Shown: positions 1 through 13,199 of the stretch, in pieces | How the letters are laid out: each line of letters starts with the position of its first letter | Position numbering within the stretch: position 1 is the stretch's first letter | From: Chrysemys picta bellii | Lineage: Eukaryota | DNA: 64,000 bases | Direction: 5' to 3' | NCBI RefSeq assembly: GCF_011386835.1 | Contig: NC_088795.1 | Location: forward strand, 48,298,001 to 48,362,000 | Notes under the pieces: generated by a model | What the model was told of the DNA's origin: nothing | The model's input: the letters and a program-made list of their open reading frames with translations, nothing else | Database searches by the model: none | Made by a program: the position numbers and the translations under genes

Positions 1-744
1 TAATGTGTCAAATTTATTTCCAGACAGGGAATAGATACTCAAACCAAAGCATTGCAGTAAGATTACTGGACTTCTTGGATGAGTATAGTCATTTAGTTTT
101 GTGCCATATAACAACACCTGAGGTGAGCTGTAATTGCCCAGAACTGAAATGCCTGTCATGTTTTATTCATTAAGGATCTATCAGCACTATCACTATAAAC
201 CTTGATTAACAATGATAGAAATGTGGCTATTGATATGGTTGTTGTTTTTTTATTAAACACATGTTATTAATGTTTGGTTAAATGTTGGTCTATGTTGCTA
301 CCTGTAGTGCTATAGAAACTCTGTTAATGTCACAACTCCATATTACATATTGGTCTGTATTCTTCCTAGATATGTTAAAATTCAATGAATAGTGACCTAC
401 GGGGAGGGGGGGAAATATTAATTTACTACAAGACACACAAACACATTCAAAAGGGATTTATTTTGAATGAGATGCTAGTCTAATGGTTAAGCAATTTGAT
501 AAATAAATTTTAAATGATCAGAAATATCATGAAATAATACATTTTAAAATTGTTTAAAATCTTATAGTTGAACAAATAACATTTTTAATATATATGTTCT
601 TGCCTAAATGTAATATGTATCCCAAAATAAATGACCCACATAAAAGGCACAGCAAACAAACATCAGACAAAATAAAAGAAAAATTGAAACAGTGGGTTTA
701 AGGAATAATAGATACTGTAGAAAGACTAGGAGGGATGCTTTTTT

Positions 745-944
745 GCTTAAGACACCATGCTGGAACTGAGAGGGCTAGTTTCAGACCCTGGAAAGTCATT
801 TAATCTGCATATGCCCTCAGGCTCCTGTCTGTAAAATGGGGAGAAAATTTTCCTTCCTGAGAGGGTTGATGTGAGGATAAATTTAATTTTAATGTTTGTG
901 ATGTATTTACATGCTATGGTGATGTGGGACTTATAAATACCTAG
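745..944 (+). mobile_element. Decayed CORE-type SINE (MIR-like) fragment
   Basis: Contains ...CCCTCAGGCTCCTGTCTGTAAAATGGGGAGAAAA...GAGAGGGTTGATGTGAGGATAAAT, resembling the CORE-SINE central domain; boundaries approximate. Confidence 0.5.
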
Positions 945-3900
945 CCAGATATAAAGAACAGAAGGAAAGTGAATACAGAATAATTTCCCATGATATCAGT
1001 AAGAAGTATTTTGCTCTAATCAAGGTAAAGTCAGCAGATCATCTATTTGGCATGATCTGAGAATTGAAAAGCAGTCACTAGAAAGAAAAAAACTACTCAA
1101 TCCTGACCATTGACTCCAGGTGCCAGAATGGTATGCTGCCTCCTGGGTGCCAGGATAAATTATATTAGAATAAAGATGCTAGATGTCCTAAAGGATGATG
1201 GGGAATTACCGCAAACCATTATCCACATGCCAACAAATGACACCTGTGTACAGTAGGAAACTCCTTATAGATTTAGGGCCAAATTCACCAGGACATTCTG
1301 ACTACTGTTGCAGCATTCCAGCTATATAAAGCAGCCGTAAACCCAGTTTAACCAGACAGCCTGTATATAGATTTCAAATCATGAGCATCCTATTGGTTAG
1401 CACACACACAAAAAAGAAACAAAAACAAAAACCAAACAAACTAAAAGCCCTGCTTTGCCTCCAGCGTAGCTATGGTATACTTTATCAAAATCTGCATTGC
1501 AGTTGGTTGGTCTGCGGCAGGTATTTCAACCATAGATCTCTGGACTCCTGCAATTCCCCATCCTCTACTGCTGGGAACCTGGTTCCTTCAGAACAACAAT
1601 GATCTCAAATGAAAATACTGGAGTACTTTAAATTCAGCAAGAGCTGACTTGGCAAAATCTGATGACAATATGACCACGTGAAAGGACCCCAAATAAGAAT
1701 GTCGAGAGCCTACGCGAACACTTGAACACTACCTGATGTAGTGCCCCCTGTCAACATCTTGTGCTCCTGAGGAACTATTTGAGATAAGTGACAATACTAG
1801 GTCTTGCCTGTGGTTTTGGAGCAACAAGCTATAATGATGATCTGCTGCTGCAATCTTCAAATCAAGGTGACTTATGAGGACAATGCAATGGGAGAGGGGA
1901 CATTTCAGAGCCTCTCCAGTGATTATAGAGAGAAGATAAACTTTACTATTGATATCCTAGTTAGTTATTATATAAACAATACTCTTCCACAGACAAATGT
2001 GAAAGCCACCTAGATCCATTCATCTCTAAATATTCTCCACTCCACCAGACCAAAAGGGAGCCCTCACTTAAACTTCACAAAGTGGTGATTTGACAATAAG
2101 GATTTCATGGTTAGTTATTTTTCTCTTTCATACTAGATATCTTTCCTCAGCTTCTATGGTATTTGTTAAATTTGTATTGGCAGATTTTATGAAAACTAAG
2201 TAATATCAGTGAATCTACTTTGTTTGAGGAATGAAATACTGTCAGCAATCACCACAAATATAGCTAAAAAAACAAAATATGTCATAAAACATACACAGTT
2301 CATTTCCCACTCAAGCTAAGTGCAATAACTCATTTATTAAAAAATGAAAAGGGGGAAAATGTAAGTTTAATAAAAAAGCAAGTTATTGAACTGGCATTAG
2401 TTAAAAACTACACACCTATAATAAATATATTCCAATTAGAATTTTTGGTATTATAATGTAAAAAAAAAACAAAAAAACGTATATACTGAGAGCTCTGGAA
2501 GTTCTTTGGTTAGATAGCAGATTTTGTGCATATTATTCTGAAAAAAAGTAAATCTAATAGTATCTTGGAAATATGGGATCTAAGGGTATTGCATTTTAAT
2601 AGATATGTACTAGTAAGAACTGGATGAACCAGATTCTGATCTCATTTATACTGCTTTATCTGAGGTCAGAATCTGTCCCAGTAACATTTATAAAGTCATA
2701 AAGTCACTGTGACCAAACTGTGCTAGACAGGAGAGATCCAAGATTCCCCAAATCATGGGATGTCTAGCCCCCAGAAAGGTCTCTGCAGCACCCCAGGGTG
2801 ACCAGAGCAAAAGAACACTGTTCTTTTGCTTCCTTCTTTGAACCATGTCCTCTACAAAAAGGACCAGGAATGAAGGGTGGTGTCATTGACACTATGAGAG
2901 ATCTACCTGACCCAAGGATTCACCCACAAAAGGGGATCATCTATTATCCAGATAAGCTGCTACTTTGGGCTACCAGAGCAGCTCAAGATATTCTTAAGGA
3001 ACACAAGAAGCTTGCACATAATCTGGAGCAAGATGTCATATAAACGTCCATTATAGCAATTAATTATTCTATTCTAATATTCTATTATTTTTCTTTAACA
3101 ACATTTAAATTTGCTCATTATCTGCATCTAAAGTGATGTGCTTTTTACTTTCAGTAAGTACAGTATTTCATTCTGACACAATATTATTCTTTGTGATTTT
3201 AAACTCAAATCATTGGCAAGATAGGAAGTGCCTCTCTCTAAATATAAACAGAGCAAGAAAGTGTTATTTGTTCTTGACGTATAGTCTCATGTTTTAGAAT
3301 CTACAAGATTTGTGAACGTAAAAGGACTAGATTCTCTGAGGTTTACAGACAAACAAGTGAATACATAGAGCCAGTATATTAAATGAATTACATTATTTAT
3401 TCTTTCAAAAAACAGGGAGGAATACATTTCAAAAACTAATAGAATCATGCCCCGCTCCCCAAAGTAGGAGACTTGACACCTCTCTTTCTTACACTAGTGA
3501 AAATCAGGAGTTACATTGATATAAAAAAGGTGTGAGAGGACAGTCAGGGCTATCTTCACATTGATCATTTATTATCCTGTTGGTGGTTCTTGTAATGTAT
3601 ATGTGCAAAGTATCAATGCTTTATAACTACCATGTGATGTTAGGTGTAAAAAAGACTAGAAGAAGTTGGCATAGAAAGATCTCATATAATTCAGGGCACT
3701 ACTTTGGCGCTTCTAGAAACAGATCAGACAAGGTTTGAGAGTTTTCCTGAATGACTAAAATGTGATCAGAAAATGAGACATAATTTGAACATTGCTATGT
3801 TTCACAGCCTACAAATAGAGAGAGTAAATAAAAACATAGATATTCTTCCTGGAAGGTTGCAACATAGTACAACTTTATTTATTAGAATTCAGAACACACA

Positions 3901-4200
3901 CAAACCCCAAACCAGAAAGAAATAAAATGGATGGGCACAAATTATCCCACCATGCTTTAAGATGGCTCTTTTTAGGCAGACTCCAATCTCCTGCTTTGCT
4001 ATAGAGCCCCTTAGTCTTCAAGCAGGACTTGGAATCCCCGCTCTTTTAGTGATAACTTGCAATTTCAACACAATCCTCAATACATCACAGATATCAACAA
4101 ACAGGGGTTGAGAGTTTGGAACTTCTGCACAAACTACTGCATTACAAATCCAGAACTAAAACTAAAAGAAATTAAATACTTTCAACTCTCTTGAAACACA

Positions 4201-4449
4201 GGGTATATCTACGCTAGAGCTGGAAGGTGTAAATTCAGTTGCGTTAGAAATGTAGACTCATCTATGTGAGCAGCAGGAGAGGGCTCCAAGTACATACCTA
4301 AGTTCTTGGATGGGAGATACTTTGGGCAGCTAGCCCCTCTTGCTGCTCATGCCACTGTGGCTACATTTCTATTTTTAGCCCACTAGCTTGATCAGAGCTT
4401 GTTTTCTTGAGCTGCAATTAGACCTTCCAACTCTAGTATAGATATATCC
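4201..4449. mobile_element. Non-autonomous Harbinger-like MITE (249 bp)
   Basis: Terminal inverted repeats GGGTATATCTACGCTAGAGCTGGAAGGT / rc GGATATATCTATACTAGAGTTGGAAGGT (24/28); 3-bp flanking duplication ACA/ACA. Confidence 0.7.
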
Positions 4450-6473
4450 ACAATGTTGGCTGTATAGAGTACAAAAATGCACTTTGCTACTATAACTTGT
4501 CTCCCTGCAGATATTTTGTTGTTGTTATAAAAGCATATCAAACATTTGCTTAAGGACCACCCCAGTTTACCTCCTCTTGCAGGCTTGTGATCTTGTTACC
4601 CTGGTCCATCACAATCCCCAGCTATCTCTCATCTCCCTACAGCAAATGCTGTGATCCCAAATCACATGTCACGTAGCTCTTTAAGCCCAATCTTCAAGCA
4701 AGCTATTTGAGTACAGCCCTAAATACTACAGAGAGGTCAACTGCAAAGCTTCTTTGGAGTGGCTTTAGTGCTACTTTGGCTATCAAGTGTCTTTTAAACC
4801 AGCTACATATGGCAATAAATGCATACAGGAGTTCAAGTGGCTCAGTAATGATAGGCACACCAGATGGATAGGCAGATGAATGCATAGGAAGAAGAGAACT
4901 CTGAATTTTTGGTATTACAAAATGCATCTTTTTCCTTAAGAGGAAAAATCATTCAAGAAACTGAGCATTCATGACCAAAAAATAATGTGTATATATAAAA
5001 TGATTAACAATCAACATGAAAAATGGTCTCATGCACTTCTTTGATTTACACTAAATGGAGTTCTCATCAGTTGCCTGATTGCACTTTGTGCTTAGTTCAC
5101 AACTGAGTAGGTTATTTGTGCTGTCTCATGATGTCAAGTTAAAATATGACAGAAAGCTGATCTCATATTTATTTGCATGTACCCTTTAAAGTATAAAACT
5201 ACATTAAAGATTCTTGACACTGGAAAGGCTATGTATTTTCATGCTGTTTACAGCCTGAACTGTAACAGGCAGGTCTAGTGTTAACAGCTATTAGTATTGG
5301 AAAAAAGGAAAGAGCTGAATCAAAGAACAGATGTTGGCTGATGAAAGAGCTTGAGGTAATAAAAGGACATATGCAGAAAAAGACATTGTTTTTCAGGAAG
5401 CTCGATTACTCAAATTTACAAACATTATTCAGACAAGCTAGTTGAACTGTTTACTTCTGGGAGCTGTAAAAACTGTTTGACAACCCACATTTGGTTAAAG
5501 TCTGAAGTGCATTAACTATAGACAGCATAAGAGGGACAACAATGTCGCATTTGATATCACTGTTTAAAAAAAAAAAAAAAGTTCTCAATTTCTGCTCCCC
5601 CCACCCCCGTACAAAACAATTAGTAAAGGGCTTTGTGTAATTAAGAAACTACTGTTTACTCCTATGCAGTGACTTAAAAGTATACAATATAGTAGCAGGA
5701 CAAAGCCTCAGCTGGTGTAAATTGGCATGGGCACCAACTGAGCTGCATAGTTCCACTCCAGTTGAGGATCTGGCACAATGTGTGTACCAGTCTATTATCA
5801 TAAACTAAAAGATTTCTGTACGGAATTTTCTGCACCTTAACATTAGGTGGAGCTGAATGATCCATGGAATGGTTTATGTGTAAGTATACTACTGTTCTTT
5901 ATCCCCTGGCACGCATACAAAGCACTGAAATTCCAAATAGACTATCTACGTCTCTTAACAGCTGCTGTTTTATTTTAGAGGTTTTAAGAGGCCTTTTAAA
6001 ACTGTTACAAGTGTAAACAATGGTTAATTTAATTTCTAAAGCCTTTTTAATGCTGGTTATTCAATAAAGTATAATGCAGAACTATATTGCTATACTGTGA
6101 CCTTCATACATGATAACATGAAACACTTTAGAGAAAGAGCATATAATAAACAAGGACCCACATACTATGTGACATATTAACGTAGTGTAAACAGCAAAGG
6201 CCCCTAATGATGAAGCAAACTAGGAATCATGGGTGATTTATCAAGGCACTATTTGTTTTGCCATTGTTTAGGAGTTTCACATGGCAGATGCTTCCTCCTG
6301 CAGCTTTCCCCATGTCCACACAGTTTCTGTTGCACTTTCACTACTCTTCTGCTTCCTATATCCTCCATATAATCTCCCCTCCTGCCAGAGTTGGGATTTG
6401 CATTAAAAAGGTTTAGGAGCTCAGCAAGGCAGCTGCTTATGATGATATTCTTCTCACAAATATGCTTGGGCCC

Positions 6474-6894
6474 TGTGACAAAGTGCAGGGGCTGAACAGG
6501 AAGCCTTCACCCTAATCACTCAAATGTTAAATACTTCCCCTTAAGAAAGCTGATGGAGGTAATTACACAATCAGACTGGTTGGCCGGATGGTATAAGGAG
6601 ACAACTAGCCCAACAGACTGAGGCTGATAAAGAAGTACCAATGGAAGGGGGAGAGAGAGAGAGAGAGAGAGGTGAGCCTAGTTACACAGAGGACTGAAAG
6701 GAGGGAAACCTTGTTCCCCTCAGCTCCTAGGGAGAGGGCCAAAAAGCACTGTTGATGCTGTAAATAGACTGTTGCACCCAGGGATTGTTGTGTAAATGGT
6801 GAAAGGAATAAAAGACTACGGTGAAGGCACCACCAATGGAGTCTGTGCAGTTTCTTCAGGGAAGAAGCCGGGAGAGGAGTCACACCCTGTGACA
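6474..6894 (+). mobile_element. Solo LTR (421 bp)
   Basis: Starts TGTGACA and ends GTGACA (TG...CA); exact 5-bp TSD GGCCC at 6469-6473 and 6895-6899; AATAAA at 6807-6812; internal (GA)n tract. Confidence 0.8.
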
Positions 6895-8041
6895 GGCCCC
6901 TTCTGCCAATCTCTGTCCCTGCACCTCCACTCTTTAGTTGGCCACACAGAGAAGACATCTGAAAGCTTCTTCATGCTTCCTATCATCCTGGCTTTCACAG
7001 TAAAGGTGGAATTTTTAGAAATGCTCAGTATCCGTCCTAATCCCACCACTGAGCACTGTTGAAATTTTGATCTCTGTGGTAAATATCTGAGAAAAGACCT
7101 GAGCAAAGTGAGCCATGCTGTTGTCCTTGCAAATGACCTCCACTTGGAAAGATCCCCCTTTTCCTGCCTCCTGCACTATATTTTCAATTCAGCCAGATTT
7201 GAGCAGGAAAGAGAAATCCACTAAGCTCCCTATTGTAGGAAAACCAGAGAATAAAAAGACATGGAGGAAGAAGTCAGGCAGGCAATATGGCAGTGAGAGA
7301 AGTTTGAAATCTGAAATAGGGAATGTTTGGGTTTTTTTCTATTTATGTGCAACAACTGCAGTTTCTATGCCAAGTATTTACATAGAAAGAAACCCATCAC
7401 TCTAATTTTGTTATTTTTCTCTGTGTGTGTAATAGTAATTCACATAAATATAAAAATGAATTTTTAACTGCATGATGAATTTCGAACAAATTAATGGCTG
7501 TTACAAAGACTGTATTTCAAATATCACATATAAATCTATTCTTCCATTACATTACAGTTCATCTGTTAGTACCTATTTGAACAGAATAGAATATATTGTA
7601 TACAAAATGAAGCACACACCTTAGAAATAACACGGATAGAAAGAAAGAGAAAAAAATAGGTAATGTAAGAACAGATTCTGATTCCCTTATTCAAGTTGTG
7701 TAGTATTTTACATAAGTCAGTGAGGCTACAGATGGAGTGGTACTCAGGCGGTGTTTTCACAGAAAAAGATGTGTTTTTTTTATTGAGATAACTAACTCAA
7801 GATAGCTATCTCAATGTAAAAGCTTAGAGGTGAGGAGGCACTGTAGTTTTAACCTCATTGGAGCTAGTCAAGGTCAGCACTATCCTCATTCCCCAGTGTT
7901 CAATTCACCCATCTACAATGAATTAAAATGTACCTGTGCCCTTGAGTTAGCTATCTTGATGTGAATACATCTGTATTTTTTGTTGTGAAGTCATAGTCTC
8001 GGAATTAGTAGGGCTATAATAATATGGCTCATGTTGTCTCT

Positions 8042-8177
8042 GGACCTGATTCTCATTTACACTAAGACCACTGTTCACCACTCTAGTAGTGTAAAGGGGT
8101 CTTCACGTGGGTGCATATATAATTTAAGGCCCCTTTTCAGGTGTGAAATTGCTTTTATGTAACTGAGAATCAGGCTC
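8042..8177. mobile_element. Short MITE of the GGGCCTGATTCT-terminus family
   Basis: Inverted ends GGACCTGATTCTCATTTACA / rc GAGCCTGATTCTCAGTTACA (17/20). Related copies or half-copies occur near 25330, 32821 and 61037. Confidence 0.6.
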
Positions 8178-9305
8178 TTTGTGTTGTAGCATGTTTTATT
8201 CTCACACTGTTCCTGGGCTGAAGCATATACCTTTCTGTATTATTTATTTAAACTGAAAAAAATATCTCCTTTGAAATAGGTTTCTTCTTCCCAATGATTT
8301 AAGAACCCCAATAGAATATATATTTCTTCTCACTCTTTAACTTACCTTTCAATTGAGCATCTCAGAACACTAGTGGCCAGATTCTGCAACCCTTACTCAC
8401 ACTGAGATGTACATTATACCTTGAGTAGACCAGTGGACCTACCTATACAGATTGATACTACGCAATGTGAGGGTGGCAGATTCTATCGCTTGGCAAACTG
8501 TGTAACAAATATCCTACTTTGCCATTTCTCCATACTTTTCCTGATCACTAAAACCTTTAATATTTCTTTTAAGAAAAAAAAAACATACAAGGAAATCCAG
8601 TAATTGGATTTTTCTTAAATGTAAGAGATTCATAGATGTCCCCCCTAAATTGGAAATATTTAAAGCTATGCAGAATGAAAATATCTGAAGGTGAAGGATA
8701 ATGCATGTGTGAAGAAGTGAATATGAATAAAAAATAAGAACAGGTTATGAATATAAAAGAGAGTGGAAATGAATAGTTTTGATTCACCATGATCAACCAA
8801 GCACAAAGCCTTATTCAGGATGAATGAGCATGAGTGAAGCAGTGTAAATGGAAATAAATATGACTATCAACAAGAGATTATGAATGTGCATGGCAGAATG
8901 TGACAGTGTCTATGAACATGTTTGATTATGGGGTATGATGAGAATGGAATTTCATATTTTGTAATGCAACAACAAACAACTTCTATGTCTTTAAAATAAA
9001 ACATTTAATACAAAACTACATTCTGTGCAATAAGCATAAGATATTATATCTTATGTGCGAAATGAAGAATCCAGAAACACACATAAGCATCATTGTTATA
9101 TCCTGCTGTCCAGCATACAATTTTTTTAAATATTGCACTTGCAGGTTACATGTGTGGGTGTAGATCGTTTAATGTGACTTGTATGTTATGGAACAATGCT
9201 GTTTGTGTATTTTAATTAAAAATTAACTATATGGATAAAGAAAATTTCTATAATTATTTTGTAAGTTTCAAAATGAGGAAAAAGTTAAATAGCCATTGTT
9301 GGAAA

Positions 9306-9444
9306 CAGGGCCGGCTCCAGGCACCAGCTTAACAAGCAGGTGCTTGGGGCGGCCAAGGGAGAGGGGCGGCACCTGCGGCAAATCACGGCTTTTTTGTTGT
9401 TGTTTTTTTTGCTTGGGGCTGCAGAAATGCTGGAGACGGCCCTG
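9306..9444. mobile_element. hAT-type MITE (139 bp)
   Basis: TIR CAGGGCCGGCTCCAG / rc CAGGGCCGTCTCCAG (14/15); 8-bp TSD GTTGGAAA/GCTGGAAA (7/8). Confidence 0.8.
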
Positions 9445-11312
9445 GCTGGAAAATGTAATTAGCACTGGATCTCTACAGAATTTGAGAACTGTACCACTAC
9501 CTTTACATCTGGAGAAATGTAAGTTGCAGGCTTCATAGTTTTCCCAGGGGGGAGAGTGACATCACAAATACCAAATGCAAGAACATTGCTGTTCTAAATC
9601 TGTATTTTAATTTTCTATATTTGGGATATTTTGATATGACTTGGCAAAGAAACAAGAAGTGTGTAATTCACATTTCTCAGGCTCTTAAGGAGGCCTGCCT
9701 CCGATCCACACTGCAGATCTTTGAAATATGGGACAATGCATGCATTTGAAGTGAAACAGCTTATGCACCAAACATGTGGAGTTCTCTGTCCTTTGAGAAG
9801 ATCAGATTCTCAGATGGATCGGTCCTTCACATTTGTAATATAGATCTGGCATTAAATATGGCACTTCATTCATGTCTGTTCATGACAAATCTGGGAATGG
9901 TATATACACTTACTTAAGGGGCTTCTGGTTGATGGTTCTGAAAATGGAGCCTCATTAACAGATTTTGAAATTGGATAATCTTCTGAACCTACATCTAATA
10001 TTATGACCTCCATTTTTTCCACAAGACATTTTAATATTTATTTAATATGTTTGGAAATATGTATGAAAAGGAGGAAAACTAAAGACCATGTATAGAAACC
10101 TATATATAGTTATGATTCAGATGAGGTAGATGATTTTAAAATAACACAAATTTTGGAATCACACAACTTAGATATTTTTGGAAGTTATCAGTTACTTGAA
10201 GGGAATGTTTGAGATACTATACCTACAGTTGTTGCGCTGGATATTTCAGAACCTACCATATGCATAATATGCAACAAATAAGTGGTTAAAATAACCCACT
10301 TTAGGGGGAATTCTGTTCTTATTCCCAGGCAAAGTAGTGGGACATATAGATAAGGGGCAGTTATTTTCTGCTCCTCTTCTCTGGATTGGTGGTACACTAT
10401 ATTTAGAGAGCAGATCATTTCAGTTCTACTTCTCCTATTTAAAGTGGAAATACAATTTGAGGGGAAACTATTTATTTTAATAAAATATCTGATAATATCA
10501 ACTCCATGAATTTGAGGCCATATTTGGTACTATGAGTAAAAATGTAACACACAACCATTTTTCTCAAATTGTGTTGGTCCATCCACCTATATCCCTACAT
10601 TATATCTTTCTGAAAAGCAACTTGTCTAAGTTACCAAGACAGAAAACCCTAAGCAATAAATTATGATTTAGATTTTTAGCATGTGATCAATTTGGGAATG
10701 TGAAGCTAGCTGAACATCTGTTTGAGACTCATTTTAAATTCAAGGAACAAGAAATGGAAAGCAAAATATCAATAACATATAGCTAATGTATATGCCAGCT
10801 CTAATACAATACCAGTACTACTAGAATTTCTGGTTCAATAAAATCTGTTTATGTTAAACTATGATGAGAACCTTAATACATTATTCAACTTTTTGAAAAT
10901 ATGTGAAGAATATAGTGTCATTTATCTAAATCTCTTAGGCCTGGTCTACACTACGGGTTTAGGTTGACTTTAGCAGCGTTAAACCGAATTAAGCCTGGAC
11001 ACGTCCACACAACGAAGCCCTTTCTTTCGACTTAAAGGGTCCTTTAAACCAGTTTCTTTACACCACCTCTGACGAGGGGATTAGCGATAAAACCGGTCTT
11101 TGCGGGTCGGAATTGGGGTAGTGTGGACGGAATTCGACGTTATTGGCCTCCAGGAGCTATCCCATTGTGACCGCTCTGGACAGCACTCTCAACTCAGATG
11201 CACTGACCAGGTAGACAGGAAAAGACCCGCGAAGGTTTGAATTTCATTTCCTGTTTGCCCAGCGTGGAGAGCACAGGTGACCCCGCAGAGCTCATCAGCA
11301 CAGGTAACCGTG

Positions 11313-11848
11313 ATGGAGTCCTCCCAGGATCGCAAAAGAGCTCCAGCATGGACCGAACGGGAGGTACGAGATCTGCTCGCCATATGGGGAGATGAAGCAG
11401 TGATAGCTGAACTCCGTAGCAGTAAAAGAAATGGAAAAGTATTAGAAAAAATCTCCAAGGCCATGAAGGACCGAGGCCATAACAGGGACACACAGCAGTG
11501 CCGCGTGAAAATTAAGGCGCTACGGCAAGCTTACCACAAAGCCAGAGAAGCAAACGGAAGGTCCGGGGCAGAGCCGCAAACTTGCCGCTACTACGCGGAG
11601 CTGCATGCGATCCTAGGGGGTGCAGCCACCACTACCCCAACCGTGTGCTATGACTCTCTCACTGGAGAAACACACAGGGAAGACGGGGAACGAGGAAGAT
11701 GATGATGGAGGTACTGTAGGTAGCTCACAGCAGCAAGGAAGTGGAGAAACCGGTTTCCCCAACAGCCAGGATATGTTTGTGACCCTGGACCTGGAACCAG
11801 TAACCCCCGAACTCACCCAAGACCCTCAGGGCACACAGGAGACCTCTG
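11313..11848 (+). pseudogene. Harbinger Myb/SANT-like (trihelix) DNA-binding gene, exon 1, with a frameshift near 11685-11700
   Basis: MESSQDRKRAPAWTEREVRDLLAIWGDE...RNGKVLEKISKAMKDRGHNRDTQQCRVKIKALRQAY is a Myb_DNA-bind_4-type motif. The reading continues in another frame (GNEEDDDGGTVGSSQQQGSGETG...TQETS) up to a GTGAGT donor at 11849. Confidence 0.85.
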
Positions 11849-12448
11849 GTGAGTGTAACTTTGTAACTATTTGTAAACATTACAAAAAAAAAGCAAGCGT
11901 GTTTAATGATTACTTTGCCCTGGCAATCGCGGCCAGTACATCTACTGGAAAAGTCTGTTAACGTGTATGGGGATGGAGCGGAAATCCTCCAGGGACATCT
12001 CCAGAAAGCTCTCCTGGTTGAAATGGGGTGATTTTATTAAGGGAACATTCAGAGGCGCCCGTTCCTGCTCTTCTGACCAGAAATGTTCCCCGCTGTTAAC
12101 CACGCGGTGGGGGGAGGGGTGAAGTGATCATCCCAGAGAATCGTGTGTGTGTGTGTGTGTGGGGGGGTGGTTTACTTGTGTTTGTGCCGCATGTTAACCA
12201 GGAAACCGCAGCCCCCTCCTTTTACATTGAAACCCCATTTTAAATGGACAACCCAATTCATCCTTGATATGGGAAATGCGCTGCTGTTTGCAACCTTTCC
12301 CGCATGTTAAGAAGGTTAAAAAAGCCAAAACACTGTGGACTACGATGGCTGCCTGCAAGCCGAAATATGCGACCTTGTAATGAAAGAGTGTACCCATTGT
12401 TCTCTAAAATGTGTCTTTTTTAACCACCCCTCCCTTCTCCTCCACCAG

Positions 12449-12951
12449 CTGCAAATGTTTCTCCTTCGCAGAGGCTCGTGAACATTAGAAAGAGAAAACG
12501 TAGGACGAGGGACGAGATGTTCACGGAGCTGCAGATGTCCGCCCAGGCTGATAGAGCACAGCAGAATGCGTGGAGGCAGTCAATGTCGGAGATGAGAAAA
12601 GCCCAATATGAACGAGAGGAGAGGTGGCGGGCTGAATCGCGGGAAGAACAGAGCAAGTGGCGGGCTGAAGACAATAGGTGGCGTCAGCTTGCAGACAGAC
12701 GGCAAGAGGCAATGCTCCGTCTGCTGGAGCATCAAACTGATATGCTCGAGCGTATGGTTGAGTTGCAGGAAAGGCAGCAGGAGCAGAGACCGCCGCTACA
12801 GCCCCTGTGTAACCAACAGCCCTCCTCCCCAAGTTCCATAGCCTCCTCACCAAGACGCCCAAGAACACGGTGGGGGGGCCTCCGTCCACCCAGTCACTCC
12901 ACCCCAGATGATCGCCCAAGCATCAGAAGGCTGGCCTTCAATAAGACTTAA
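12449..12951 (+). CDS. Harbinger Myb/SANT-like gene, exon 2 (basic NLS-like stretch plus coiled coil)
   Basis: Pyrimidine-rich acceptor ...CTTCTCCTCCACCAG ending 12448. Phase-1 joining (G|CT) gives AANVSPSQRLVNIRKRKRRTRDEMFTELQ..., in frame with ORF 12478-12951. Confidence 0.8.
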
Positions 12952-13043
12952 AGTTTTAAAATGCAGTGTGTCCTTTTCCATCCCTCCTCCCCCACCCATC
13001 CCAGGCTACCTTGGCAATTATCCCCCTACCTCTGTAAGGAACT

Positions 13044-13083
13044 AATAAAGAATGCATGAATGTTAAAAAAAAATGACTTTATT
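13044..13083. terminator. Convergent polyadenylation signals of the two Harbinger genes
   Basis: AATAAA on + at 13044-13049 downstream of the Myb stop; AATAAA on - (TTTATT 13078-13083) downstream of the transposase stop. Confidence 0.55.
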
Positions 13084-13199
13084 GCCTCTGCAAGCGGGAG
13101 GGGAGGGTGGGGTGGGGTGGTTGGTTTACAGGGAAGTAGAGTGAACCGGGTCGGGGGGGGGGGGTTGGAGGGTTCATCAAGGAGAAACAAACAGAAGTT

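Noticed and set aside
13096-13175. G-rich tracts as functional G-quadruplexes
   Set aside because: G-runs are present between the Harbinger genes, but nothing in the sequence separates function from low-complexity drift.
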